NCBI GenBank assembly: GCA_041650395.1
Contig: JBAZLG010000003.1
Span: 310,917 to 374,916, forward strand
Length of the DNA stretch: 64,000 nucleotides
From: Candidatus Micrarchaeia archaeon
GTDB lineage: Archaea > Micrarchaeota > Micrarchaeia > Anstonellales > VGKX01
Direction of reading: 5' to 3'
How positions within the stretch are numbered: position 1 is the first letter of the stretch; each line of letters opens with the position of its first letter. The position numbers and the translations under genes are program-made. The notes beneath the pieces are model-generated. The model had not been told where the DNA came from, searched no databases, and worked only from the letters and a program-made list of their open reading frames with translations. Shown here piece by piece: positions 13,201-19,366 of the stretch.

Positions 13201-13394
13201 CAGACCTTGAGCCAGAGGTTGTCCTGGTTTGTCAGGCTGCTGTCCTTGTAGCTTTCAGTGCCGCTGTCCCAGTGCAGCCAATATGTGTTATTGGACTGGT
13301 CGACGAAACTAACAGTGGCGAAAAGGTTGCCTGCTAGGATGAATGCCGCAATGGCGAGAAATGCATAAACTGATGCCTTGTGCAAATTGACCAC
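1242..13394 (-). CDS. Giant (4050 aa) secreted, membrane-anchored surface glycoprotein/adhesin. Architecture N to C: signal peptide, LamG-like jelly-roll domains, BNR/Asp-box beta-propeller repeats, more than 14 beta-sandwich modules with DxDxDG motifs, an FN3/PKD-like module, knottin-like Cys modules, 3 C-terminal TM helices and a K/P-rich cytoplasmic tail
   Basis: A single uninterrupted 12.15-kb ORF. N-terminal signal peptide MVNLHKASVYAFLAIAAFILAGNLFA. LamG-like motifs (LGLWHMGETNGTLVADATG...VEMWLRP and GLIDEVRILNASI). Asp-box repeats SxDxGxTW (SSSDDGATWSY, STDNGTTWANTG, SADKGASWSL). Repeated roughly 95-aa modules with DADGD/DPDGD followed by Y(Y)YKW(Y/F)xNG, then CQxTPxDG. C-terminal CxxxxxxCxxDxDCCSGxC cysteine modules, three hydrophobic helices, then a basic Pro-rich tail. 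Dozens of N-x-S/T sequons. The start codon lies 4 bp downstream of the upstream gene's stop. Confidence 0.85.
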   Translation of the reverse strand: MVNLHKASVYAFLAIAAFILAGNLFATVSFVDQSNNTYWLHWDSGTESYKDSSLTNQDNLWLKVCQPGYNSSRVGLFFIENNTTSYVHNYGPGLAYFVPDPVNCSLYDIDVQDIKSRLPGLVTVVFSNYTSLDVTRDQQEKMDAPGGWLVGSYRANMSQSGSVVTVNITDAYTGLLCTSPGLRLTNYSWQLTDNVSRMSNVVGVYDSNDNLIGSDFVHVGIPQNISVSGTAAWVRINGITPSTCDYDPNCIAPNMMCPDGTCAWTCVESGGGGSKPPRMNLSAILNSTGGTYFNARMNLTGWANATSANSSDMVTYYLKWYQDGTLRYADHVSNASTFALGNSTLGLWHMGETNGTLVADATGRFNATATSGAGVSAARFGNARYFPQESYSSNSQAAAQIYANVTSAQMSGLNALSVEMWLRPNLSANYSGNKTNMDYIVLGGNLSQLKIGYSFSSGRLYATAIDKAGAWNSSTISGGGIVRSLAESPSGKLLAGTDIGLYSSSDDGATWSYAGLSTLVNSILVMPDGSVYAAGDDGAGTAKVYYSASNLSNWTDTGSLSGATTATQLARAPDGSIYVATDTENILKYSGGSWQLSCGSVVGATAVNSLMITSQGTFLAGSASGEIYKSADCSSWSSAYSGSVSVNAFLAADDGSIYAAASQTSTSGRVLKSTDNGTTWANTGTLTSASDVQSLLEGSDGTIYAGARIGTSSSSYRSRVYKSADKGASWSLMNANIGPSTSSKYVQSLLEASTGMIYAGTGESGITYYLGTIAPFSGNLYTGPLDSSQWEYIAYSANSTTTSIYLNEFQAANFSFGMPAMTFDTALIGRGKANYEPDNGFATGSRNSGFVGLIDEVRILNASIGQQAARSTYGWYSPSALVNVQNFSGLVSYQNWTLEVTPSNGIRGQALNSSPVYISYANIPPVMANSTILNATNGTYADSSGTLVGFANATDADNNTLSYYYKWYKNGALFSSGVAAGNYTQGRLVNISSIPNSSLSADSVWVLEITPFDGLDNGTALNSSPFAISHMPPSIPSLRVLNSTGGTTFRNGSVLVGYANASQADNDTLNYTYKWYRNGVLNSTGSFGPVLQGIEANIGNSTPAVGGDRWKFEVTASNGYSNATSSVFVAVGSEPQLSLVQIRNSTGGSALYTNSSLLGYANGTDFDGNNLGYYYKWYLDGTLNSSGSIGVVSAPSNATLRPAGIGNSSQLSAEPAPPNWQSVDEASMDGLTSYVFADSGSYLLDLYTVTSGIVPSGSPITSLELFAVAESFGAGTGGTVELAIREHNVTTLGAAHSVTSSWATYSDSWQYRPSDFGNWNSADMSSLQIGVKAKGPATSGSTFVTQVYAIVNYSTPNGFASSALVNIANITGTGVVKHQNWTLEATPTNGPVNGSAVNSTTITVLDTAPVTSVPAIAPPTIYQNTSQVSCVNGTSSDFDGDNVSFYYKWFVNGNFSGITSQNLTNSSFSNGATIICQITPFDGELNGTSMNSSQVQVINSPPVTGTPVLSPTPAYKTTPSITCSANSTYDPDGDNVTLSYKWFVNGNSAGVSSQSITNSSYSKGDSIVCQVTPSDPFVNGTSVNSSPLAILNSVPQMALQNSIANQSAGHRFRVSAGVFDGDGASDMASTNISSTSGSCVYVSNSTAGGYFNVTYECSGTALASTTVSIGFTDKSGAYNASTPSVAAYPNHLPVATNVTLAPAVAYASTLQVNCTASPSDADNDTVTLNYLWFKNGASTGIATSSISNASYARGDSLVCQATPYDGYQNGTAVNSTALVVSNSLPVTSAPYLVPSVANKNTPAITCYNNTTADADGDSVTFSYLWFVNNASTGITGQSVTNATYYNAVDLRCQITPNDGIGNGAAVNSTILALTNTPPVTAAPALSPIPAYKSSGQINCTNGTTSDNENDTVAFFYRWYVNGVAQAASTPYLASSNFNKSSLVVCQVTPFDGIANGTAVNSSALVVSNSNPVLAVENVFANQSAGHKFRATAGVYDADGGSDIASTNISSSSGSCVYVSNSTSGPYFNATYECTGAAFASSTVSIGFTDKSGAYNASAPAANSYPNHLPAISNISLSPSTAYVTTAQVNCSATGADIDNDTVSVSYSWFKNGASAGVSTSSITNASYARGDSLVCQATPYDGYQNGTASNSSALVISNSLPVTGVPTLAPPTAAKTTLNITCNNGTTSDADGDSVSFTYRWFVNSAYSGITTQYITNSSYTNGQSVVCEIRPFDGTASGTARNSSALLINNTAPTTAAPILAPIPAYKSTAQISCTPNNTFDAEGDTVSYYYKWYVNGVAVAPSAASINNSYFYKNDIVICQVTPTDGLLNGTAANSSGLAISNSNPALAVESVFANQSAGHKFRATAGVYDADGGSDIASTNISSSSGSCVYVSNYTSGSYFNVTYECTGTAFASSTVSIGFTDKSGAYNASAPAANSYPNHAPATSAPSLAPSTAYKQTPQINCTNGSTSDPDNDTVSFYYSWSVNGASAGIATSYLTNSSYSIGDIVSCSITPTDGYANGTSQSSANLTIVSSVPFPPANVTISPSPGYGNSSFTFAGYGASTPDGTNYTYYYRVRNSTATLRAYSSNATFDCSIAAGCSGRLYVDAIIINQYGINSTSATNSTQILNSPPYIAVQNTFADSASNHSFTVTGGVYDADGSEDITNIQISASSGTCTVQSISQGIKTLNATYYCTGASGVSTTISITFRDSASQQASTTPSVHAFPNGAPVTSAPSIVPVPVMKANPSLTCQNASVSDPENDSTSMHYAWYVNGALVSASQVIPSSYFNKSDTVFCQAIPTDGYLNGTAQNSTSYVVQNSPPSTFGAGLSPVPMYPNSTVTCANTSAITDADGDAVSLTYRFFNSTTELQAFSPAGTLSCSPATCPAGMTLSCTIRASDGTDHTDATVSRVISSPANTPPAALSSRIVNSTGGSGFRRGYILVGMANATDNQSDPVYYNYKWYLNGTLNSSGSSAYFAQGIESNAANRTGGIVKGQRWVLEIRPSDGMADGQAINSTEITIGNTPPTDFAVGISAPAYPGTLVNCTNLTPYSDVDGDSLAVRYQFSTGSGVVQAFSSSSQFACSASTCPAGTNLTCTASAFDGTDYTNASASTTIQSIPNAPPQAGSVSLLNSTNGTYVARQNAIYGWATSTDPNGDSISYYYSWYLNGARNRTGFASGFQSGVSGLVSSIPASEVVKGQIWTLEVVPTDGTLNGTAANSSALTVQNTAPQAPYLIAPSSGQVLTNGNVSFDWSDSADPDGDNVSYYLYMGTSPGPAFYGISTSSATNLSLSPGTYYWRVAGFDGTGFSANSSEWNFTIDLSAPSVQFVAPTPAQNYIGSTGRLDINASISAVANISSCTVTINGISFNGTLSSQAPPAYCSYSLPTAQAGSYNYSVLVATTDSRLGYSGTRTYMENSPPSLVSVSSANATVAFEQPWQVYANATDLQSSLQALNYSFYLGTSLSSLALAQSGTSPSAYFSLADNTTYYWQAVISDGLNSTSSPVFALRADFSELAASIASPAQSQVIADTLDFAMVYRILNPQNSISCSYELADSNGTVINSSAIACNATSLSVAAPAYGTYTVRLYETDYLGYSHTANATFSLSQSPPPVSSGGGAVERKLQVDLAATCAGETATITVRDYATRQLLDSSVEVTPSSLGLSPVSVSTSSAGKYVFVPEAGSYQLSVSKVGYSSTSKYFTVQSCAVPPSCRNLTVSCQNDYDCCSGICTDGICSLERNQTPVVLPPINLTVNAQCTQFYGSASVSPPDATLSLYRIVKNVRVPESLFHNGTGAYIFQPSQNGTFVVTAVRNGYLYSEKQFEVVDCAKPPACLPDGQVCSLGTSCCSGYCSEAAVCEARLPVSQCKLPSASCQSTKECCSGECVANRCAECSPLLQKCQISSDCCTGFCNMEGRCVLGEVVPAPGIQLPQIPVESIALPLAWLVLAASAYMVYRVSIGMAFFPIELGLLPVVAGMFVHPVIGIAVAAIELVIVTKSGLPATVKEFLARRRRGKGDGQVPPQDIPIGDYGLREQKEGPQKPAPPAPKED
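4800..9300 (-). repeat. Four tandem copies of an intragenic repeat with an 1128-bp (376-aa) period inside the giant gene. The two central copies (about 5930-8185) are nearly identical at DNA level
   Basis: Antisense ORF translations recur at a 1128-bp offset (5962..6192 vs 7093..7320; 7096..7353 vs 8224..8481). The stretch 6181-6330 is about 95% identical to 7311-7460. The protein-level super-repeat NP(V/A)LAVE(N/S)VFANQSAGHKFRATAGVYDADGGSDIASTNISSSSGSCVYVSN... occurs twice almost verbatim, with two diverged flanking copies. Confidence 0.7.
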
Positions 13395-13398
13395 TTTT

Positions 13399-15099
13399 TC
13401 AGGACAGCCATTTCGTGACGTAAGAGTACAGCGAGGCCACGATGTTGTTCAGCGCAGCCACCTGTCCCTGGTTGATTATCCCTGTCCTCAATAGCCCGGG
13501 GTTTTGCGGATTGGGGTTGACAACTGTCATGTTGACCGACTTGAGCGCGGTGCCGGAGCTTGTGTAAGACGAGACGGAGATGTAATACGGCCCGAGTGCC
13601 GAAGTGTAAAGTGCCGGGTCAAGCACGTATGTCCTGTTTCCCGTGGGTATCAATGCAAACGACGCCATGCCCGACTCGTTCGCCATCACCTGCGCCATGC
13701 TTGTCGGCTTGAGGGAATAATTGGTATTGTTGGCGGCCCAGACCTGTATGGGCGCGAATATGCTCACGCCATTGTATTCGGCAAGCCTGATTATGTCGCC
13801 GAAGTGCGAGCCGCCGGCCGAGTCGTAGACAACCACTGTGACATTGTAAGGCCTGCCCGCGTACGTGAAGTTCGTTGACAGGCTGCCGTCCACGTAAACG
13901 TCCATGAACACTACCTTGTATATGGTCTTCTGGCTTGAGGCATTGTTGTTGGACTCGCTTGTCTCGTTCTGCACGTTCGCGCTGTCGCATGACACCCAGA
14001 ACGTGGTCGGGTTGTCATTCGCATTTGACAGGTTCCACATGGACGTGTTTATCGTGATGCTCTGCGTCGTGGTGGAGCCGGGCGGTATTTCGCCGGAAAC
14101 AACCGTGGAGCCCAGCACGTTTGAGGGGCTTATGCTGTTCCTGTAGAAGGTCACGTTGAAAGGCGTAGAGGCATTGACATTGCCCGCATTGCTCACGACG
14201 GTGCTTATCGTCAGGTTGTCGCCGTAATACACAGTGCCCGAGGGCGAGTATGACGGGGAGGAGCATGACAGGTCCACGCCAACTGAAAAGGAGGTTGAAA
14301 ATCCGTTATAGACAAGATACCTTGTCTGGGATGACGCCTTTGCCTGCGCTGCTGTCACCCCAGTCTGGAGAAGCACGGTGCCAGTCCGTGTTGTAAGGGT
14401 TGAGGAGGAACAGTTCTGCCCAACGGTGTCAGTGCAAACGCCTATGGCTATCTGCTGGTTGTCGGCGCTTATTGTCGAGGGGCCCGTGGTTGCCGTGCCG
14501 GTTATGGAGCTGAAACCCAGTAGGGTCACCTGACCTGTGTTCTGGTTGTACGATGAGGCGAAGGAGGGGACCGAATAAGAGCCCCTCATCCAGCCTCCGG
14601 ATTGCGGGATGAATACGAAACTGTCAGTCAGGCCGGGGCTTGAATCCGGCGAGACCACGGCATAGGCATAGGCGGGATAGACGCCCGGGGTGTCAAGGGC
14701 AGAGGTCGTGTCCCTGTAATAAGCCCCTGGGCTGCCCTGTTCCGAGCCGAAGGGGTCAAGGCCGTAAATGCCGTTAGTGGTGGTGGTGAAAACGTAATAG
14801 CTCGAGTTAACACGGTATGCGAAGCCGCCGTATGAGCCGTCGGCTATGTCCCCCGAATTGGTGTAATACACGCGCAGCTTGACGTTCGGGTTGCTTGTCG
14901 TGCCGTCAAGGAAGTTCTTGGCGCTCGTGTCGTAGTAAAGGCCCACGGGAAGCCCGGTGCTGTCGGAGGCTATGGTGGCGTTTATTATGTAGGGATATGC
15001 AACGGGCAATGCAAAAAGCGCGGCAAATAACAAGAACAGTAGCAATGAGCGTGGCTTAATACCCAATTTCCTCCCCTTATGCTTATTGCCGCGATACAT
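13399..15099 (-). CDS. Secreted sequon-rich surface protein (566 aa), co-operonic with the giant protein; possible S-layer or cell-surface component
   Basis: Signal-peptide-like N-terminus (KPRSLLLFLLFAALFALPVAYP). Very high density of N-x-S/T and Ser/Thr. The stop is 4 bp from the giant gene's start. No recognisable catalytic motifs. Confidence 0.7.
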   Translation of the reverse strand: MYRGNKHKGRKLGIKPRSLLLFLLFAALFALPVAYPYIINATIASDSTGLPVGLYYDTSAKNFLDGTTSNPNVKLRVYYTNSGDIADGSYGGFAYRVNSSYYVFTTTTNGIYGLDPFGSEQGSPGAYYRDTTSALDTPGVYPAYAYAVVSPDSSPGLTDSFVFIPQSGGWMRGSYSVPSFASSYNQNTGQVTLLGFSSITGTATTGPSTISADNQQIAIGVCTDTVGQNCSSSTLTTRTGTVLLQTGVTAAQAKASSQTRYLVYNGFSTSFSVGVDLSCSSPSYSPSGTVYYGDNLTISTVVSNAGNVNASTPFNVTFYRNSISPSNVLGSTVVSGEIPPGSTTTQSITINTSMWNLSNANDNPTTFWVSCDSANVQNETSESNNNASSQKTIYKVVFMDVYVDGSLSTNFTYAGRPYNVTVVVYDSAGGSHFGDIIRLAEYNGVSIFAPIQVWAANNTNYSLKPTSMAQVMANESGMASFALIPTGNRTYVLDPALYTSALGPYYISVSSYTSSGTALKSVNMTVVNPNPQNPGLLRTGIINQGQVAALNNIVASLYSYVTKWLS

Positions 15100-15137
15100 T
15101 TAAAATTACCTTTTCATGCCAGTGGAGGCAGGTTTTA

Positions 15138-16742
15138 TCATGTTCCATAGACAAGCCACGCATTGAGCCTGTCATAGGCCCTGAAAACGTAAAGAATCGC
15201 GGCGTCGAGGTTTGCCCTGTTTGGCAGGGTGCCGCCGTTATACGAGGGGGTTATTGTATAGTCCCTGTTTGTCACGTTGAATTCCTTTGAGAAAAATTGG
15301 CTGCCGCCCGGGTATTTGCCCACCATGACAAGCGTATATGGCCCGATTTTGGCTTCCTGCCCGATAACGCCGCCTGTAGGGGTGATGACGAACTGGACAT
15401 TGCCGTTTGAATCAGTGCGCGTGTATGCATAGCCGTAATTGGTCACATTGGAGTCCGTGAACTGGTTCATTGCCCATGAAATGTAGCCGTTTTTCTCCAT
15501 GATTTCTATGGTGGCGTTCGCGATTGGCGAGTTGTTGGCATATCTTGCAGTCAGGTTGAGGGCTATGGGCATGGCGGCCCTGACAGAGGAGGGGAAGCCG
15601 GTTGACGTGTTGTCCGAAAGGATGGTCACGTTGTAGGTCGGCCCGCCGCCATAGGTCATGTACGCGTCGTAAAGCCTGTAAATGAAATTGTTCTCCGCCT
15701 GTATGTTGGCCCTGTTCGCCGGGCTCTTGCGCATAGTTGCCGCGACTGAATCAGACGCAAGGTCCCTGTTTGTTATGTTGAGGTAGATTGTGGCAAGAAC
15801 CGAGCCTGTCGAGCTAAGCAGTTCGACCCGTGCCGAATAATTGCCTATCTTGGGGTCGATGAAGACGCTGCCGCCCGTCGGGACGATGGTGAATGACGGG
15901 AAAGTGCCGTTCACGGCTGAAACGATGCCCACTGCCTCGTTTGAGACATTGCTTTGCGTATATTGCGGCAGGGCGAGGGGCAGCCATGAGTTGTCCTCGA
16001 TTACCCTGACATAGGAGCCCGATGTGGCATTGAGCACGGTTAGGTTGAGCGGGTCGCCTGCGACGAACATGACAGTTGTGACGTTGTTGTCAAGCACCAG
16101 AGTGAAATTGCCAGTTTCGCCGCCGTACGCCCCAGTGAAGAAGAGCGTGATTGTCTCGTTGTACGTGCAGGTCTGGTTGCCGCCGGTGAATCCGCCAGAA
16201 AGGCGCAATGACTCGTTTTTTGTGTTGTTCGTGCCGTCGGGCGAGAAAAGGGAGCTTGAGACGTAATAGCTGCCGTTTATCAGCAGGAGGTCGTGGAAAG
16301 TGGTATAATTGAACACGTCGCAGACCTGCAATGGCGAGGCCGAGCTGTTTGGCACGCTTGTCCAGTTGGAAAGCGGGTTGGCGCAGGAAGCGGGGGCGTA
16401 GTTTGACGCAAGGACCTGGAAAAGCGGGTCCGCGCCCTGGTTGGTGAAAGAATTGGCATTGACGGATACCGGGACATTGCCGGTGTTGTTGAGTATGAAG
16501 TAGAAATCGTAATACGTGCCTATGCTGCCGTTGGTGACATTGAAGAAATGGATGGATGCGTTGGCGCCGCAGGTCGCCACGATTGTGAGGCCGAGAGTGC
16601 CGCCGGAGGAATAGGACTGCGCATGGACGGCGGGGGCAGCAAGAATCACAATAGGCAACAAGGCAAACAGGGCCATGAAGGCTGTTTTTGCAAAGTCCGG
16701 CAAGCCATTGGCCTGCCGCCTATCAATGCGTCTCCCACACAT
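15138..16742 (-). CDS. Secreted sequon-rich surface protein (534 aa), first gene of the surface-protein operon
   Basis: Hydrophobic signal segment MALFALLPIVILAAPAVHAQS (an alternative start is the Met at 16676). Many N-x-S/T sequons. There is a 38-bp spacer to the next gene on the same strand. Confidence 0.7.
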   Translation of the reverse strand: MCGRRIDRRQANGLPDFAKTAFMALFALLPIVILAAPAVHAQSYSSGGTLGLTIVATCGANASIHFFNVTNGSIGTYYDFYFILNNTGNVPVSVNANSFTNQGADPLFQVLASNYAPASCANPLSNWTSVPNSSASPLQVCDVFNYTTFHDLLLINGSYYVSSSLFSPDGTNNTKNESLRLSGGFTGGNQTCTYNETITLFFTGAYGGETGNFTLVLDNNVTTVMFVAGDPLNLTVLNATSGSYVRVIEDNSWLPLALPQYTQSNVSNEAVGIVSAVNGTFPSFTIVPTGGSVFIDPKIGNYSARVELLSSTGSVLATIYLNITNRDLASDSVAATMRKSPANRANIQAENNFIYRLYDAYMTYGGGPTYNVTILSDNTSTGFPSSVRAAMPIALNLTARYANNSPIANATIEIMEKNGYISWAMNQFTDSNVTNYGYAYTRTDSNGNVQFVITPTGGVIGQEAKIGPYTLVMVGKYPGGSQFFSKEFNVTNRDYTITPSYNGGTLPNRANLDAAILYVFRAYDRLNAWLVYGT

Positions 16743-16761
16743 TGGATATTACTGTATTTTC

Positions 16762-16782
16762 AGATATTTATAAATATAATTA
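16762..16782. promoter_or_regulatory. AT-rich palindromic TATA-like element (ATATTTATAAATAT) between the divergent surface-protein operon and proS; candidate bidirectional archaeal promoter
   Basis: TTTATAAATATA sits about 25-36 bp upstream of the 16742 start codon, which is leaderless-like geometry. It is the only AT-rich element in the 128-bp GC-rich divergent spacer. Confidence 0.35.
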
Positions 16783-16870
16783 TCCGAAAGCATATCACGG
16801 GCTTGGCGGGATGCTGCGAAAAGCTAAAAACAGCCGCATGCCATAATCAGGCAGGCAGGGCAAGGCGCCC

Positions 16871-18337
16871 TTGGAGCAAAAGGTAATTCTCATGAAAACG
16901 AAAAAAACTGAAAACTTCTCGGAATGGTACACGGAACTCATCAAGGAGGCGGAGCTTGCAGACATCCGCTACAATGTCAAGGGCTTTGTGGTCTTCCTCC
17001 CATGGTCGGTCATGAGCATGATGAAGATGTACAGGCTCTACGAGGCGGAGCTCGAGCGCACAGGGCACGTGCCTGCCTGGTTCCCGGCGCTCATCCCCGA
17101 GAGGAACTTCCACCTGGAATCAAAGCACGTGGAAGGCTTCACGCCTGAAGTGTTCTGGGTGACCGAAGCGGGCGGCAACAAGCTTGAGGAGAGGCTCGCC
17201 ATGCGCCCCACCTCGGAGACCGCGATGTACCAGATGTATTCCCTATGGGTGCAGGGATTGAAGGATTTGCCGCTGAAGATTTACCACTCCTCCCAGGTGT
17301 GGAGGCACGAGACCAAGGCCACGCGCCCGTTCATCAGGAGCAGGGAATTCCACTGGATTGAAAGCCACGACGCGTTCGCCACCCGCGAGGAGGCGGTGGC
17401 GCAGGTCCATCAGGACATGGAGATGGCGCAAAACGTCATAACGGGCAGGTTCTGCGTGCCGTTCCTGTTCTTCAGGAGGCCGCAGTGGGACAAGTTCCCC
17501 GGAGCGGACGACACGTTCGCAGCCGATACCCTGATGCCAGACGGCAAGGTGTTGCAATTGCCTTCGACCCACCTGCTCGGGCAGAATTTCTCAAAGCCGT
17601 TCAACATCACGTACCTCGACGAGAAGGGCGAGAAGCAGTTCGTCTACCAGACGTGCTACGGCCCCGCGATTTCAAGGATTTACGCCGCGGTGATTTCAGT
17701 CAATGGCGACGACAAGGGATTGCTTTTGCCTTCATGCCTTGCGCCAATGACGGTTGCGATAATCCCGATTTACAAAAAGGGCGGCGAGGAGGCGGTGCTT
17801 GCGAAGTGCAAGGCCGTCGAGAAAAGCCTTGCGGCCGCGGGCATAAAATGCACGATTGACACCACTGAAAACACCCCGGGCTTCAAGTTCAACAAGTGGG
17901 AGCTAAAAGGCGTCCCCGCGAGGATAGAGATAGGCGGCAGGGAGGCCGAGTCGGGCGAACTCACTGTGGCAATGCGCGACACTGGCGAAAAAGTCAAGGT
18001 GCACGAGTCGAAGCTTGCAACCGAGATTCCAAGGCTGCTTGCAGAAATGGACGGCAGGATTGCGGCTAAGTCCAGGGCAGGCTTTGAAGGGAAGATAAGG
18101 GACGCGAAGGATTATGCCGAGCTTGCAAAGGTGCTTGAGATTGGCGGGTTTGCGCGCGCCCCGTGGTGCTCGACAGACTTTGACGGCAAGGGATGCGCGG
18201 ACGAAGTGAAGGCGAAGACGACTGGCGACGTGCGCGGCACGCTTTTCGGGAAGGGCGAAAAACCCGCGGCGGGCGAGAAGTGCATCCACTGCGGCAAGGA
18301 AGCAAAGGAAATCGTCTACATCGCAAGGCAGTACTGA
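16871..18337 (+). CDS. proS: Prolyl-tRNA synthetase, archaeal/eukaryotic type with C-terminal zinc-binding domain
   Basis: Collinear similarity to archaeal ProRS: FSEWYTELI...RPTSET...REFHWIESHDAF...LGQNFSKPF...GEKQFVYQT...GDDKGLLLP...WELKGVPARIEIG...CIHCGKEAKEIVYIARQY. Confidence 0.93.
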   Translation: MEQKVILMKTKKTENFSEWYTELIKEAELADIRYNVKGFVVFLPWSVMSMMKMYRLYEAELERTGHVPAWFPALIPERNFHLESKHVEGFTPEVFWVTEAGGNKLEERLAMRPTSETAMYQMYSLWVQGLKDLPLKIYHSSQVWRHETKATRPFIRSREFHWIESHDAFATREEAVAQVHQDMEMAQNVITGRFCVPFLFFRRPQWDKFPGADDTFAADTLMPDGKVLQLPSTHLLGQNFSKPFNITYLDEKGEKQFVYQTCYGPAISRIYAAVISVNGDDKGLLLPSCLAPMTVAIIPIYKKGGEEAVLAKCKAVEKSLAAAGIKCTIDTTENTPGFKFNKWELKGVPARIEIGGREAESGELTVAMRDTGEKVKVHESKLATEIPRLLAEMDGRIAAKSRAGFEGKIRDAKDYAELAKVLEIGGFARAPWCSTDFDGKGCADEVKAKTTGDVRGTLFGKGEKPAAGEKCIHCGKEAKEIVYIARQY

Positions 18338-18419
18338 AACATTGCCCTGCCTATTTTTAATTTCCAGGCTGAAGCGCCCAGTCAATAGCTTTAATAATAA
18401 ATAATGTGGTAATAAGTGT

Positions 18420-19355
18420 ATGATTAACGGCACAAATGAACTGCGGGAAGAGCTTGGCGGCCCCTCCAAACCCCTAGTCACAGCCCTTGCGGCAGCAGAA
18501 GTCCTTTATTCCCTCAATTCAATGGAAAAGGAGGGCATGAAGCCATACGGCGATTACGCAACAAGCGCACTGCTGGAATTAGCCGGCACCACGGGGGATT
18601 TCAAGGTTCCTGTGGCTGCGGCGCACTTTTTCGCATGGCACTACATGTACAAATACGACGGCTCAAACGCCACGGCCAGGGATATGGCAGAAAGCCTCGC
18701 TGAATACGTAAAATCCGACTTCACGCCATGGGGAACAATCGAGGGAACCGGCGACGGGGCCACTTGCACGTATATTTCAGGCAGGAGCATAGTTCCACTG
18801 ATTCAAAAGCTTGAGAGCGCGCGCGCAGTGCTTTACATCGCTTCCGCTTCAGCAGCCGCAGGAAACGAAGCAATCAAGGGAATAAAGCGCGAAATAGGCT
18901 CATTGCGCTTGCGCGCGGGTTTCTTGCACATAGACCTCTTGCTTGGGGATACTGAATACAACCCGCTTTTCGGCTCGCAGTTCAAGCCAAAAGCCCGTGC
19001 CATATTGGGAGAAATCCTAAAGGCAAGCGAGATTGCAGACGACCTGCTCCCCGCAAGCGCGGAAATATCGGCAATGATATCCCTCAACTGGGATGCTAAA
19101 AAAGAAATAAACATCAAAAGCGTGCTTGCGGAAATGGAGGCAGTGCCAAGCCAGGAAGTCTGCGGCCTGCTTAGGGCAATGGAACAGCATGCGGACACAA
19201 AGTCCTCAAAGGAAACTATATCCGCCTCGCTTGCAAAGGCAATGGAAGGGAACATTGCGCTGCGGGGATTCACGCCAACAGGCAGCAAGAAGGCTGAAGG
19301 CCCGAAATTGCAGGACAAAGGAGGCCAGCAGGCGAAAACAAACAACACAGGTTGA
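18420..19355 (+). CDS. Hypothetical protein (311 aa)
   Basis: Long ORF with a TATA-like CTTTAATAATAAATA about 25 bp upstream, which is leaderless geometry. No recognisable motif. Confidence 0.5.
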   Translation: MINGTNELREELGGPSKPLVTALAAAEVLYSLNSMEKEGMKPYGDYATSALLELAGTTGDFKVPVAAAHFFAWHYMYKYDGSNATARDMAESLAEYVKSDFTPWGTIEGTGDGATCTYISGRSIVPLIQKLESARAVLYIASASAAAGNEAIKGIKREIGSLRLRAGFLHIDLLLGDTEYNPLFGSQFKPKARAILGEILKASEIADDLLPASAEISAMISLNWDAKKEINIKSVLAEMEAVPSQEVCGLLRAMEQHADTKSSKETISASLAKAMEGNIALRGFTPTGSKKAEGPKLQDKGGQQAKTNNTG

Positions 19356-19366
19356 GGCCGCACTTC

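Noticed and set aside
17903-18481. A 192-aa minus-strand ORF antisense to proS
   Set aside because: It overlaps the strongly supported ProRS gene almost completely and has no motif. It is a GC-rich antisense artefact.
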